Source of the DNA: Octopus vulgaris
Taxonomy: Eukaryota
Length of the DNA: 64,000 nucleotides
Assembly (NCBI GenBank): GCA_951406725.2
Contig: OX597822.1
Span: forward strand, 3,596,001 to 3,660,000
Direction: 5' to 3'
The notes beneath the pieces were generated by a model, which had not been told where the DNA came from, did not search any database, and saw only the letters and a list, made by a program, of their open reading frames with translations. This document shows positions 51,000 through 64,000 of this stretch, piece by piece. The translations under genes and the position numbers were made by a program. The first letter of the stretch is position 1. Each line of letters starts with the position of its first letter.

Positions 51000-52231
51000 C
51001 CATACATAAATGTAAGCAAACAGGTATTTGCTCTTTTATTAGAAGCGTAGAAAGTATGTATTCTACAAGACAACTAGGATATTTTTATCGAAAGCGGAGT
51101 TGTCATTACAACAGCATCATCTCTGCTTTCGAAAAAATATCTTATTTGTATCGTACAATATATATATATTTACATATATATATATATCTGTTTGTGTATA
51201 CTTATATCTTTTATTATAATTTATTTGTCCGAAATATGAATTGACAATCCTCGGTAAATAATAAATCAGATTTAAAAACTACTAATGTGATAAATACGGC
51301 GACAAACATTATTACATCACTTTGGATGTATCCGCCAATAACTCACAATTATTTCAGTCGCATCTAAAGCCGAGGGAGTGGCTGGCGGACAAATAGCACA
51401 ATGTTTTACAGGCAGATAGAAAATGAAATAAAGTTGAAAGCCCTCGATATTTTCTAACCTTAGAAGTATAAAGGTGAAATACTGTTTCACATTCATAAAT
51501 CTTGGAAATCGTTTCTAATACAAGCGTTTGATTGCATTGTGCTTTAAGTAGATTCTTTACATCGCCCCACCCCTGGCGTAAAACATTCATTAACAGCAGA
51601 GGTAAGTTAGGAATTAAAATGCGAGGATTCTATTCTGAATTTAATAACGGATTTTTAATTCATTTTTAGCAGTTAAGTGGAATATTTTCTGATATTTTTT
51701 TCTGTTTATATTTTCTAATTAATCTGCAAACGTCGATTGAAGCAAATTCGATTTGTCGCAGTTATTGTGAATGGTTGTTGAAAACTTCTAAATTCATTTC
51801 ATTGGTTAGAACGTTAGAATGGAAGCTTGAAAACGTTGTCATTGATGGGTAGAGTGTACTTCAGTTGATTGACAAATATCCTAAAGTCTCTACTTTGACC
51901 TGTTTGTCATCTCGGTCGTTGAAATTCAGTTTTGCGCGAAGGAATTATTAATGGCAATTGTTCCAGTGTGCGAAAAGACAGACATGTGAAAAAAGACGAT
52001 TAAAAAAATAACCTGAACATAACTTTCTATTTTTCACAAAAATCAATTAACAAGTCGACACCTAGATACATCTATGCAGTTAAATACCTCCGATAAAGTG
52101 CTTGCCTTTTACCTCCACATATCTTCGTTGTGTAAATGCGGAGACGAGCAATCAAATGAATTAGTAAATCTGTTTAAAGACATTCGGGTAAAAGAGAGGA
52201 ATTTTAAATAGTATGGTCTAATAACGATTTC

Positions 52232-52671
52232 GGATCTTTTCGGTTTGAATGGCAGTTTTTAACATAATTTCTAGGTAACTAAACAATTTTAAACTTCGTA
52301 TACTGGTAGAATGTGTTTATAAAACATCTTTTTCTCTTGGCTTTATTGGGAACATTCTATAGTTTGTAAGATATTTGTAGGTTTTTTTCTTCAATTTCTG
52401 CAATTTCAACCAATCACTGACGTCTATTGAGGTAAAAAAACATTCTGTGCCGTATGAATATGTCCTTCGTTTAAGAAACAGATTGGGTTTATTTACATTT
52501 GTGAAGAAAAAAAGATGCCCTTCCCCCCACCCCTAACTATAACCCTAACCCTAACCCTACCTAACCCTAAAACATATTTAAATGCAATAGATCGATACTA
52601 GGGTCATAATTATGGGTGACAATTTCATATGACACCGCTAGAAAAAACTGCCGTTCAAACCGAAAAGATCC
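52232..52671 (+). mobile_element. Telomeric-repeat-bearing TIR MITE, copy 3
   Basis: Same TIRs (1 mismatch). Perfect 8-bp TSD ACGATTTC (52224-52231, 52672-52679). CCCTAA repeats at ~52531-52570. Confidence 0.93.
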
Positions 52672-53988
52672 ACGATTTCTAACACCAGCCAAATATAAAC
52701 AATGAAACTTGAGTCGGAAATTATTATTAGAACATTGTATTTGATTATTCAGAATTCCATTGTTACCAAATTATATGCCGAATTAGAAATTCCAGTGTAG
52801 GTGCAAACATCTTAAGGCTTCTTCTTTCTTACTGCAAAGCAACTGGTATCCAGCTGTGAAAACAAGGAATATTTCCTCAATGCACAAATTTCATTTTTTC
52901 CTCCGATTCCATACGATTCACCTACGCTTACCATTCAAATGCTTCATTGGAATCTACATGTAATTTAGGATGTTATCTGAGGTGCCTCAGATAACATGGT
53001 AATTTCCAGGGTAATTTTCTGGTTTAAATTGCATGTTTCAATCAGTATTCTCTTTAAATGAAACCATCTATTTTTTAAAATACTCGCAACACGTATAGGA
53101 CGATGACACTACATATTGGCTAAAATTCGATTTATACAGAAAAATTTCGAACTGGCCTCGTAAATAAGTTCTTCATACCTCAGATTTAATCTTATCTGAT
53201 TTAATGGCCAGCAGTTGTACACAATATCGAAAGATCACAAACTGATAGTCCGCCTAAAACTAGGGTTTAAAAAGTATACTTTGACCTACTTAAAGTTTAG
53301 GAGTCACATTTCGAACTTAAACCTTAGGTTGTGATTAGGTCAAATATATCGAAGGTTTTCTAGCCTTATCAAGTTTCCAAATCTTCTCCTCGCATTCCTT
53401 TCTCTCAAAACCTATAGTAACCTAGCAAAATAACATTAACCAAGTGTACGTAACGCTTAGTTCGCTTCGGACAACATCTGTGGAAGGTGCTTGAATGAAG
53501 TTGACTAGACAGCTGACCAGTGTAAATAGGTAGATGCAAATATATTAATCTTGTTTTCTGCTCTACTTTGTGGAAGGGACCAGTCGATTAGATCGACCCC
53601 AGTAGATTAGATCGACCCCAGTAGATTTCGTTACTGGTCAAATGGATTAATTCTTTCTGCCGACAAATGGAAAGCTACATTTGTTTGTCCGTCATACAAT
53701 AGACCAGCGACTCCGAGTATGTTACAAATATGTGTTTGTGTGTATGTTTGTGTGTGTATATAATGTATGTGTATGTATGTGTCTGTGCGTAGCGTATGTA
53801 GTTGCATGATTTGAGTCTACATAATGTGCTTTTATGCCTTAGGCAATACAAGTAGACAGCTGTCAACTTTATATTTAGTTTTATTACGGAATAATTACTA
53901 ATAAATAACACGATATCTGCCATAATGTCTCGGCATATACATGTTATATAGCAATCATCACATTATATATATATATATATATATATAC

Positions 53989-54027
<39 letters not shown>

Positions 54028-54032
54028 TCATT

Positions 54033-54088
54033 CATTGGTATTCAACTATTGGTGTTCAACAACTGGTGTTCAACTATTGGCGCTCAAC
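54033..54088. repeat. 14-bp minisatellite, 4 units
   Basis: CATTGGTATTCAAC / TATTGGTGTTCAAC / AACTGGTGTTCAAC / TATTGGCGCTCAAC. Confidence 0.8.
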
Positions 54089-54449
54089 CATTGAACACTG
54101 CTTTGCAATGGTTTGGGAGGAAACCGTTATCATAAATAACCGTACGGAACTCACACCGACAGATTTCAAGGAATGGTTCACTCAGAATGAAAATTCCTTC
54201 TGGTCTATAGACATTGAAATATACAGATATACTTTACAAATATATTTTGAGAATTCAGGACTAGAATGATGAGCTCTCTATCATAAACTGGTGTAATACC
54301 GGTGTATTCTACCCTTAAATGAATTTTCCCAGAATTGGAAACTCAAACTGCGTATTCAGAATAAATATATCACGGTTTTTATGCCTAATGTATTGAGAAA
54401 CACTCAGCGGTATTCAAGAGCATGCGCGGTTATTGAAAAAACTGTTAGA

Positions 54450-55125
54450 TGGAATGAAAGACAGGAAGCCTCTGAATATTGGAAAAATGTAACCTGTATC
54501 ATAATGATTTGTGCCGGGTATCAAAATGCTGACATAAATGCTGCTGCTCAATGCTCTGAGACACTGTAAACGATGCAAGATGGGACATGATCATCATGAA
54601 AATCAAGTCCCCCCCCCCAGACTGCCATGCTCTTTCTGCGTCTCTAGGGAGAGTGACGTCATGCCACTCCACATACCTGAACACGGCCTTATGCTCAATT
54701 CAGACGGCTATGTGATACCACAGTAAGCTGTAGCCAAACCCTAGCTGGAAAGGGCTATATATGAGGCAGCAGGATTCGTATCCTTGTCATACCCCAGAAA
54801 AGAGTCAAAAGTGGTTGTCGAACATTTACTGCGACATCACAAGCCCCAGTTTCTGATCTTCTCGTTCTCCCGATGCTGGTGGCCGAGGTCAAACAGGTTG
54901 CAAAGATCTTCCCACGGGCAGAAAGAAGAAAGCATGCGCCAGGTTCTGAGGCCGCCATGGAGCCGTGGTGTAACTGTTGGCGGCAACTTTGAGTAAACTG
55001 CTATTTCCCAACCATAATAGCAGTTGAGAAGTTTTTGATGTTTTCAAAATCGTTCAGTTTTGGAAAGAATGATGTGTTTTCTTTTCCTTTTACGTAAACT
55101 GCCAAATTTAGCCGGAATAACTTGT
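54450..55125 (+). mobile_element. DD37D/maT transposon fossil
   Basis: VSRESDVMPLHIPEHGLMLNSDGY..KP*LER..RQQDSYPCHTPEKSQKWLSNIYCDITSP. Homologous to 18860-19512. Confidence 0.8.
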
Positions 55126-55342
55126 TGAAACACAGTATATTTCAGCAGTCACGTATTCAGGAGACAGAAATTTCATATGGCTGTCAAGAACTGTCTCACT
55201 ATTAGATAATTCTAAGCCATTATCTGATAAAAAAAAAAAGAGTCTAAATTTTTAGAGTAATACCAACGATTTTTTAATAGATATTTCCACTGAAGCAATG
55301 GAAAATTCTATTACATATTGCACCAGATTTGTTCCTTAATAA

Positions 55343-55405
55343 GTATTATTATTATTATCAGTTGTAGTAGTAGTAGTAATAGTAACAGTAGTAGTAGTAG
55401 CAGCT

Positions 55406-55475
<70 letters not shown>
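55343..55475. repeat. (ATT)/(AGT)/(AGC) triplet repeats
   Basis: Read directly from the sequence. Confidence 0.95.
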
Positions 55476-55680
55476 AGTATTCAGCTATCTCTACAAACCA
55501 GAGAAGTCACATAAGCCATGCAGTATCTGGCCAAATCACGCGACCCAAGTTAACCAATTGAAAATAATTTATTATCCGATAATAATCAACGTCACTATTA
55601 AGGCCCACAGCATCGGAAAAAATCCCCCAAAAAACAGACGGTCTGTTACGTCAGTGACTCAATCAGTTGTAGAGTTCTAT

Positions 55681-56560
55681 GTACATACATACATACATAC
55701 CTTCCAACCTACCTACCTGCCTACCTACCTACATAATACATACATACATGCTTACATACATGCATACATGCAAACATTTATACATACATGCATACATAAA
55801 TACATACAAACCTACATTTATACATACGTACGCATGCATACAAACATACATACGTACATAAGTACATACAGACAGACATGTATACTTACATACATACATG
55901 CATACAAACATACATACATGCAAACATACATGCAAACATACTTACATACATACATGCATACATACATACATGCATACATACATACATACATACATATATA
56001 CATACATGCATACATACATACATGCATACATGCATACATACAAAGAAGCATACATACATACATGCATACCTACATACATGCATACATACATACATGCATA
56101 CATGCATACATACATACATGCATACATACATACATACATGCATACATACATACATGCATACATGCATACATACATACATGCATACATACATACATACATA
56201 CATGCATACATACATACATACAAGCATACATACATGCATGCATACATACATACAATCATACATACACACATACATACATACATACATACATGCATACATG
56301 CATACATACATACAAGCATACATACATACATGCATACATGCATACATACATACATACTAGCATACATACATACATACACACATACATACATGCATACACA
56401 CATACATACATGCATACATACATACATGCATACATACATACACACATACATAAATACACACATACATACATACATACATACATACATACATACATACATA
56501 CATACATACATGCTCACATACATACATGCGTACGTACATACATACATATATACATAAATA
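55681..56560. repeat. Degenerate (CATA)n/(CATG) tetranucleotide array
   Basis: About 880 bp; explains the 426-aa ORF and neighbouring ORFs. Confidence 0.97.
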
Positions 56561-56569
56561 CAATTAAAA

Positions 56570-57422
56570 GGTGCGGGAATAATTTCAAGGTAATTTAATA
56601 AAACTTGGTAATTTAATAAAACAATTCTAATAAAGAAGAAATCACATATTTTTTAATAAAGGTTGTTCCTTCTGCTTCCAGCAAGCTTTCTTATAGGAAT
56701 ATTCAGCATAAATTGCAGCAGTGAATCTAAGGCTCGGTGATGAAAGGCGAGGTGGTATGTCATATCCTTCGTTACTCACTACATTTAAAACCATTACAGC
56801 TGTTGGAAACTTAGTGTGAAATTCCTTTTGGGGTTATAAAGAAGATCTGCACATAACCAAATGTCATTTCCCTTGTAAGATTTTCTGTCTTAGACGATGC
56901 CTCTCCCATCATAGAAGAACCAAAGCCTCCTATGTTTGTTGGTTTGTAAAACTTGTTAAGTAACCTCCTGGCACTGATGAAACGGTTTCGTTTTGTCTTC
57001 GTAGACACGATATGGTCCCTCTTCTGTACAAATGATTGTATCGGATATCCTCCTACATCAAAGTTCAGATCGTGCACTTCGAAACTTTAGGCATTTGTTT
57101 TGGATCCGAATGAATTCTGGTGCCCTGGTAGTGTCCAAACGTTTATATTGTTTCATTTTTCTTTTTGATGCAGTTGAAGCTTAACTGCAAAAGTCTTCCA
57201 ATTGCATCCCAAATTTGTGACCAAAAGATTCTGTAGCATTTAGAAAGTTAGTAATTTCTAAATTGCTGTTTTCTGCACATATAACAAAAATCCATGAATT
57301 TCCTCGCATGTTTTAGCATTTCTTCATGGGTGATCATAAAGGAATAAAAACGTCTCAGTTGATTTGAAGAGAGTAATATACTGATAAATAAAAGTCCATC
57401 AAATACCCCCTCACACCCTGTA
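56570..57422 (-). mobile_element. Internally deleted DD37D/maT-like transposon
   Basis: Terminal TACAGGGTG on the minus strand at 57422. Peptide SFVQKRDHIVSTKTKRNRFISARRLLNK is typical of the region before the first catalytic D. Confidence 0.6.
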
Positions 57423-57669
57423 TGTATGTATGTATGTATGTATGTATGTATGTATGTATGTATGTATGTATGTATGTATGTATGTATGTATGCATGCATG
57501 CATGTAAGTATGAATGTATGTATTTAATTGTATGTACACACACACACACACACACACACAGAAATACACAGAGAGCCAAACACATGCAGTTATGCATACA
57601 TATATATGAAGACAATGATGCAAATACATAGAGAGAAAATCTGCTCTGGTTAGCACCATTGTGCCCATA

Positions 57670-59100
57670 TCTGCTCACCTGGACTCCTAGTGTAAGTTCA
57701 AGTCACTTGAGCGCTACAAAGTGTTTTCTATATTGAGAATGTCTATATATATATATGATTTGGAAGTTCCTGAGCTTCCTCTCAGAAGCTCGCTACAAGT
57801 GCAGCATCATCTGCAAAAAGAAGAACACGAGTGGTACTGGTGCGTAGCAGTGTTCTGACTTTGAAACGCTGATGATTGAATAGTCCACCACTTGTTCGAA
57901 ACTGGAAATCAACACCACTTTGTGTGTCACCAAAACCCTACCTCAACATCACTGAAAAAAAGAGTGCAAACAAACAGGGTCCATAACACGACTTTGTTTT
58001 GTGCTGTTTGTAGCGTCGATGGAAGCCAAAGATTCCCCACCGGACACGACAGCAACCTTCATTCCCTCATGAACGGAGATGATAACATTCAACATCTTGT
58101 CTTTTTCTAAGCTTTTTTCAGAACTTTCCATAATGTTTGCCGGTTAACAGCGTCGAAGGCCTTAGCAAGGTCAACGAATACCATGAACAATTCTTGATTT
58201 TTCTCACGTAAATTCTCCATGATTTGCAGAAGTGTCACAACCAGAGCGAAACCCGCACTGTAATTCTGCTGGATGGATATCATTTACAACGTGTCTGGTG
58301 ATCCTGTCAAGAATGAATCGAGCAAGAATTTTACCAGTAATAGGCAGAAACGATATCCAACAATGATTATCGCAGATACTTCTCTTTCTTTGTTCTTATA
58401 GAGATGTTGAATTGAAGCATCCTTGAAGTCCAGTGCTACAGGGCCTACCTTCCAAATAGTTATGAAGAGGTCATATAGTTTCTTAAAAAGCTTCTGTCGA
58501 CCATGCTTGTAAATTTCACGGGGGACAACATCCCTGCCAAGCGCTTTACCAGAAGAGATCTGGTTAATAGATTTTACCGCCTCTAGGAAGGTTCGGTCCA
58601 GAGACAGTTCCGGTATTTCAGCACGCGGTGGAATAATCATTATAACGTCATCATTAGTGACTGAGGTGAAGTTCAACACGGCTTCGAAGTGATCTTTCCG
58701 TCGTTTCACGTTTCAGGTTGTCAGATTTGTCAATCAACATTGTCTCTCTATTCGATGAAAAAAATAGGAGTAACACCGTACTCTTGAGGACTATTCACTT
58801 TCATGAGGATAACACACGGGTCTTTAGAATATTTTCTGTTTGCCGCTTCTTGCAGTTCAGTAGCGTTCGAAGAGCACCAAGCCTTCTTCATCTGCCTCAG
58901 AGCACGTGTAGGCATTCTGTTTTCTGGATGAGTTCTTATCATTTATTTATGTTTTGCGAGAGCTGAGTATTTTATCTGTCAACTGTTGGACATCTATGTT
59001 GTTATCACTGAACCAATCTTGAGGATTACGGACAGGAACCTCAACAGACCCTCTACAGAGGCGCAATGCATTGCATCACCCTGAGCCTTCCAAGGTGATT
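57670..59100 (-). pseudogene. RTE-clade LINE ORF fossil (RT domain)
   Basis: HFEAVLN..SSGKALGRDVVPREIYKHG..IWKVG..DFKDASIQHLYKNK, then FVDLAKAFDAVNR, KQSRVMDP..FF, GLFN and LLFADDAAL. Multiple frameshifts. Confidence 0.88.
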
Positions 59101-59749
59101 CTATATCATTCTTGATAAAAGCATTCATGCACACATGCATACTCTTTCATTATCAGTTATCTCCTTACATTCGCACCAATTATTATTCACACATTATACG
59201 TTTTGTTTGCTCAACAAAATGACAGTACCGATAGAGCGCTAGATAGATTGCTACACACTATCTTCTTCCATTTGTTTTGCGTTCAGTTTTTCGAATCCTG
59301 CCATAACCAACCTTACCTGTTACCAATTCCAGGTTTCTAAAAGTACTTGTAAACTACTAAATTCAATATAATTGACTCTACTTCTATCTTACAGCTACAA
59401 GGTTTGGGGCTTATGTAAGAAATCCGTTTTTATTTTTTAATTTTATGTTATTTATTAACTTTTATTCATTTGCAGCTTTATTTGTTTGTTTTTTTTTATA
59501 ATTGCGTTTATTCATGCGTTTGTTTGGTCCCTTATATTTAGTTACATTGTTGTTGTAGTTTTTACTTTATTGCTTGGGCTGTGTATGACTGGAATAATGC
59601 CAGGTTTAGTTGCCAATGCTTCCACACGGTGTAAAAATAAACAAGGTCATCTATTTATACAGAAGATAGAAATTTTGATCTGTTTTCTAACCTGACTTCA
59701 CATTTCTCTGTGTGATGTTGCTGTTTCGGGCAGTTAAGGTAGCGGAAGG

Positions 59750-59809
<60 letters not shown>

Positions 59810-60300
59810 GACAGATAGACAGATAGACAGATACAGACAGATAGAGAGAGAGAGGGAGAGGGAGAGAGAGAGGAGATTATGAAGAAAAGAGAGAAGGAGC
59901 GGAAGGAGGTAGGGTGGATATTTAGGGTGGAAGGAGGAGAAGAAGGGGAGAATAAAATGAAGAAAGAGGGAAGCAGGAAGGGGAGAAAAGAAAAGAAGAG
60001 AAAGAAAAAGAAAGAAAGAAGACAGAAAAGAAAGCTGGAAAGAAAAAAAGGAAGAAAGAAAGAAGACAGATAAGAAAGAGAAAGGTAGAAAAGGAAGAAT
60101 GAAAGAGAGAAAGAAAGAAAGAAAGAAAGAAAGATGAAGACAGAAACAACTAACGATTGGACAAACATCCAGAGGAAAATAAAATGAAGAGAAGGGAAAA
60201 GAAAGAAAATTAAGAAGCGAAGAGGAAGGACGGAAGAAAGAAGGACAGAAAGAATGAACTAATAAATGAATGAATAAAAACATAAAACAAGCGAAATCCA
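59750..60300. repeat. (GA)n / (GAAA)n purine-rich tract
   Basis: Read directly from the sequence. Confidence 0.93.
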
Positions 60301-60635
60301 ATGTAGCAACAAAACAAAAGAATTAACGTTCAGTTTCGGGAAACTGTTGAGATAAATTAGATTAATGAAGTATGCGAAGCTTGAAATATTTCCTAACAAT
60401 TTTCATTTTCTGGAAAGGTGGGATTTAGGGGTGTTTGTCCATTCCTCGTTTTTGTTTTATTTACCTATTTGTTATTTTGATAGTTTTTCATTATTATTTT
60501 GATTTTGATTTTGATTTTGATTTTTTAATTTTTTTTTTTGTTTTCGTTGACCAGGTATAAAAGAAGCAACCAAATTAGTGCGAGTCGAGGTTGCTAACAG
60601 CTGCAGCATTGTTAAATCGCTGAGAAGCTTCTTAA

Positions 60636-60788
60636 GGTTGGCGGTGTCGTAAAAAGTTTCCACTACAACCACATGCTTTCGGTTCAGTTCCATTCCGTGG
60701 CATCTTAAGCTTCAGCCTTCTAGTATGTCTTCGGGTCGAAAGGAGCCTTATGAGTGCATCTGGTAGATAGAAGATGAAAGAAGACCGT

Positions 60789-60790
<2 letters not shown>
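60636..60790 (+). mobile_element. Decayed SINE family A 5' part
   Basis: CAACCACATG..GGTTCAGTTCCATTCCGTGGCATCTT..TGAAAGAAGACCGTC. Confidence 0.65.
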
Positions 60791-60852
<62 letters not shown>

Positions 60853-61109
60853 TATTGTATGTATATCATTAGTCGGTTTTATTTCAAGATTTCTTGTCAA
60901 TTGAGAAAGAGACGGTTTCTAACCTAGATCCAAAGGTCCTTCATTGGAATTTCAAAAACAACAGGGTATTTTTGTATGTATGTATGTATACGTACAGATT
61001 CATATGTTTTGTCTTATGTGTGTATTCTCATGCATATACTTGCTTATCTAGAAATACTCATATACTTAAATGATAAACTTCTGAAAAGTTTTACACATTT
61101 TTACAGTTC

Positions 61110-61611
61110 CACTGATGGATTGGATTTTCAATCTTCGAATTAGCTTTCCTGGATCGCAAACGCATAACCTTCAAAGTGGGAGGTAGTAATCCGGCTATTG
61201 GTCCATGATAGACTGCTTTGATGCTATTATCATCTCGGAGCTTTCTGCTAACATATCCATGCATAGTCCTCTGCTCATATAGGCTCATCCATTGCCGTAG
61301 AGTCGTGCAGCTTCTTTGGGCAGGTATTCTATGTTATCAGACGAGGAACCTTGCTCGAGGAGCTGCCTTCCAAGTTTTATGATGTTATGAGCTTCATGTA
61401 TGCAAATTTGGTCAAGAGATGCACTTCGACACTTGGTTGCCGAAGGGATATGATACGACATTCAAACGCATTTTGGATCGATATTAAGCCTCTGCCGCCT
61501 TGTTTTTGTTATAGGTCTACGTCACAGATTATGTGGAAATTATGTGTGATTGTTATTATTTTTCGGGTTTTCATATCGATGGCTCTGATCTCATCAAGCG
61601 TCCAATCGAGC
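61110..61611 (-). pseudogene. R4/Dong-like non-LTR retrotransposon C-terminal fossil
   Basis: WTLDEIRAIDMKTRKIITITHNFHIICDVD..GGRGL, then MHGYV..EGYAFAIQE. Confidence 0.7.
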
Positions 61612-61620
61612 ATGTATGTG

Positions 61621-61652
<32 letters not shown>

Positions 61653-61945
61653 TGTATGTATGTATGTATGTATGTGTGTGTGTATGTATGTATGTATGTG
61701 TGTATGTATGTATGCATGTGGGTATGTATGTATGTATGTATGCATGTATGTATGTATGTGTGTATGTATGTATGTGTGTATGTATGTATGCTTGTATATA
61801 TGTATGTATGTATGTGTGTATGAATGTATGTGTGTATGTATGTGTGTATGTGTGTGTGTATGTATGTATGTATGTATCTATGTATGAATGTATGTATGTA
61901 TGAATGTGTGTATGTATGTATGTATGTTCGTATGTATGCATATAT
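61612..61945. repeat. (TATG)n/(TG)n microsatellite
   Basis: Read directly from the sequence. Confidence 0.96.
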
Positions 61946-62221
61946 ATAAAGATTAAAGACCCTTTTAGGTCATGAATGACCATGGGATTGCACCTGTAAA
62001 GCTTCTCTCCGAGGCACAAGCCTGCTTTGCCCCAGCCTGGCCACAGTCTAATGATTGAAACAAGTAAAATAAAAGACTAAAAGAAAAAGCTAATTATGTC
62101 TGCTGGTCATTTCTAAATGTCAATATAGAGATCATCCGTTGATGGATCCCTTTGATAAAGGCAGATCTGGATATCCAATTTTACAATAGACTGACAAAGG
62201 ACGACAAAGGCAATTTACAGC

Positions 62222-62482
62222 TTGAGATATCAAATATAAAACAAATTAAATGTAAAACAGGGCTGTTCAATAAAATACAGCAATAAATTATAACGGTGAG
62301 ATGTTTAATTAAAAAATATATAAACAGAGATTTAATATGAAACAACGATGTTATAAATATATAACAGGGATTTAAGTATAAAACGGGGTTATTAAATATA
62401 AAACAGGGAGATTAAATGTAATATTAGACTATCAAATACAAAATAGAGATTTAGATACAGAACAGAATATCAAGTATATAAC
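62222..62482. repeat. Degenerate ~19-20-bp minisatellite
   Basis: Recurring unit like AAACAG(G/A)GATTTAAATATA. Confidence 0.6.
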
Positions 62483-63079
62483 CACTCTGGATTCTATAAG
62501 AGTAACAGATTTCCTACTCACTATTTTTCTTGTTGCTTGATTATGCCATTTTTCGTTATTTCTTTTATTCTCCTGCAGAGCGAAATGTATCCCTGTAGGA
62601 GTGTGATTATTTAATTTGGTTCCAGTTATCTCTCCTACTATAGCATTTGGTATTGAAGAGCATGTTAGCTCACCGAATCAATTAAAATCAACACAATTTT
62701 GATTAATGTGTAATAATAATGTCTTTAAATAAAAACAAAAGAAAGGAAGTTACAAACCATTTCTCTTTAATGAAAATTTAAGGGCTTAGTGTTCTGTTTA
62801 CAGTAAACAATAAATATTATTATACAATAATTACGCTTACTGAGATCAAACCGCCTGGTTGCAAAAATTTCATTTCATCTTTGATTTTTGACGTCCATGG
62901 TGAAGATCGTGTTACATGTTCCCTTAATTATAGGGTGTATGTGGGATTGTTCCTACTTTATATCTTCCAAAGCCTACACCAATACTTTCCAGTGGAAGGA
63001 TCTGTCTTTACCTACCTTTAAGCAAAAGGGGCAGAGAAGATGCGTTCAGGGTTACCAACTGTATTAGTTTGACGAAAAT

Positions 63080-63240
63080 GGGCGACGCAAGTATAGGTTG
63101 ACTAAAGTGACTCAAGTACCAGTCTGGGGGTACAATTTTATACACCCTTGAGAAATGAAACAAAGCTGACTTCGAGAAGAGGTAAACTCAGAATATAATG
63201 CGATCGCATTATATGCACTATCAATCCTGTTGAACTATCG
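63080..63240 (-). mobile_element. Very decayed SINE family C
   Basis: GGTACAATTTTATACACCC..ATGAAACAAAGCTGACTTCG..AACTCAGAA. Confidence 0.45.
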
Positions 63241-64000
63241 ACTTTTTTTGCATATGTATAGTAATGATTGTCTACATTGGAGATAATATTGACTGCACTT
63301 TATGTAGTTAAGTGAAGCATCTTGCACAACGCACAGCTTTTAAATACAGGTGTATATATCAAAATGAATAACGTAGGGCGATCATAGTTTGTATTCTATC
63401 ACTAATGTGTAATCTACCACTACAATGAAAAGTATGTGTCATACTTTTCATTGTTGATCGCCTTCAGGCAGTTTGTATACTGTCGCCGAACTTAATAAAT
63501 TAGAAGGCAAAATTCTGCAAGTTGCAACCTATCGTCTTAAAAAAAGAAGGTCATATGGTATAATATCATAAATATACAAGAAAGAAGCGATAGACCCGAC
63601 TGTGACACCTTTGATCCTCCATAGACACAAACAGAAGCAACCACAAATAGAAATTCAAACGTAGCCGTAAATATGTACAAGATATTATTCGTTACTACTG
63701 TTGCCGATCGATGCTCTCTATACAGTTTTCTCACATAGGCACACGGGCACAAACGGGTACTGGGTGTGTTAGAGGCGATCAACATTACAACGTATATCTT
63801 GTTGCTTTGTTCATTTCGGAAAATGAAGTAAAGGTAACCTTTCTTGGATTTGAAACAAAGAACTTCGAAAATGTATTTCTAAATGGTATTCGCCTTTGCG
63901 TGATGGATTGGCCATATTTATATAATCTCGTAAGAAGCTGATGAATATTTTACACCAAAGTAGATGGAGAATGGAGGCAAAATATTCGCCGATGGTAATA

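Noticed and set aside
51358-51601. Segment between a plus-strand AG and a strong GTAAGT donor
   Set aside because: The frames checked from the acceptor close early and nothing else supports an exon.
55318-56598. 426-aa ORF and overlapping H/T/Y/I- or M/Y/V/C-rich ORFs
   Set aside because: Read-through of (AGT)n and (CATA)n repeats; several frames on both strands are open.
57670-59100. Active LINE
   Set aside because: Multiple stops and frameshifts; none of the TE ORFs in the window is intact.
59687-60301. 204-aa F/L/S-rich membrane-like ORF
   Set aside because: Reverse translation of the purine-rich (GA)/(GAAA) tract.
63739-63833. Possible plus-strand exon (TRAQTGTGCVRGDQHYNVYLVALFISENEVK)
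   Set aside because: Weak donor, short frame, no recognisable homology.

Overview
AT-rich eukaryotic DNA densely packed with microsatellites and decayed mobile elements. The SINE families, TTAGGG-type repeats and (TA)n/(CA)n/(GATA)n density suggest a mollusc, most likely octopus (inference). No intact gene is visible. Almost all ORFs in the supplied track are microsatellite read-throughs or transposon relics. Contents: three tRNA-derived SINE families (about 25 copies or fragments); fossils of Penelope-like elements (PLE; RT and GIY-YIG), RTE, L1/Tx1-like and R4/Dong-like LINEs; mariner and DD37D/maT transposons; Tigger-like and hAT MITEs; a young ~441-bp TIR MITE carrying telomeric repeats (3 copies, two with perfect 8-bp TSDs); and several foldback structures. 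The most notable pattern is a set of about 10 minimal type-I hammerhead-ribozyme-like motifs in several short repeat families, some near the PLE fossils. Many have a variant core (CCGANGA, CTGTNGA) and a palindromic stem III, and one pair is a back-to-back inverted duplicate. Other observations are a SINE tail matching the 3' end of an L1/Tx1-like LINE, an unclassified 1-kb insertion splitting that LINE, and a few minus-strand candidate exons. All alignments and translations were done by eye, and the boundaries of decayed elements are approximate.
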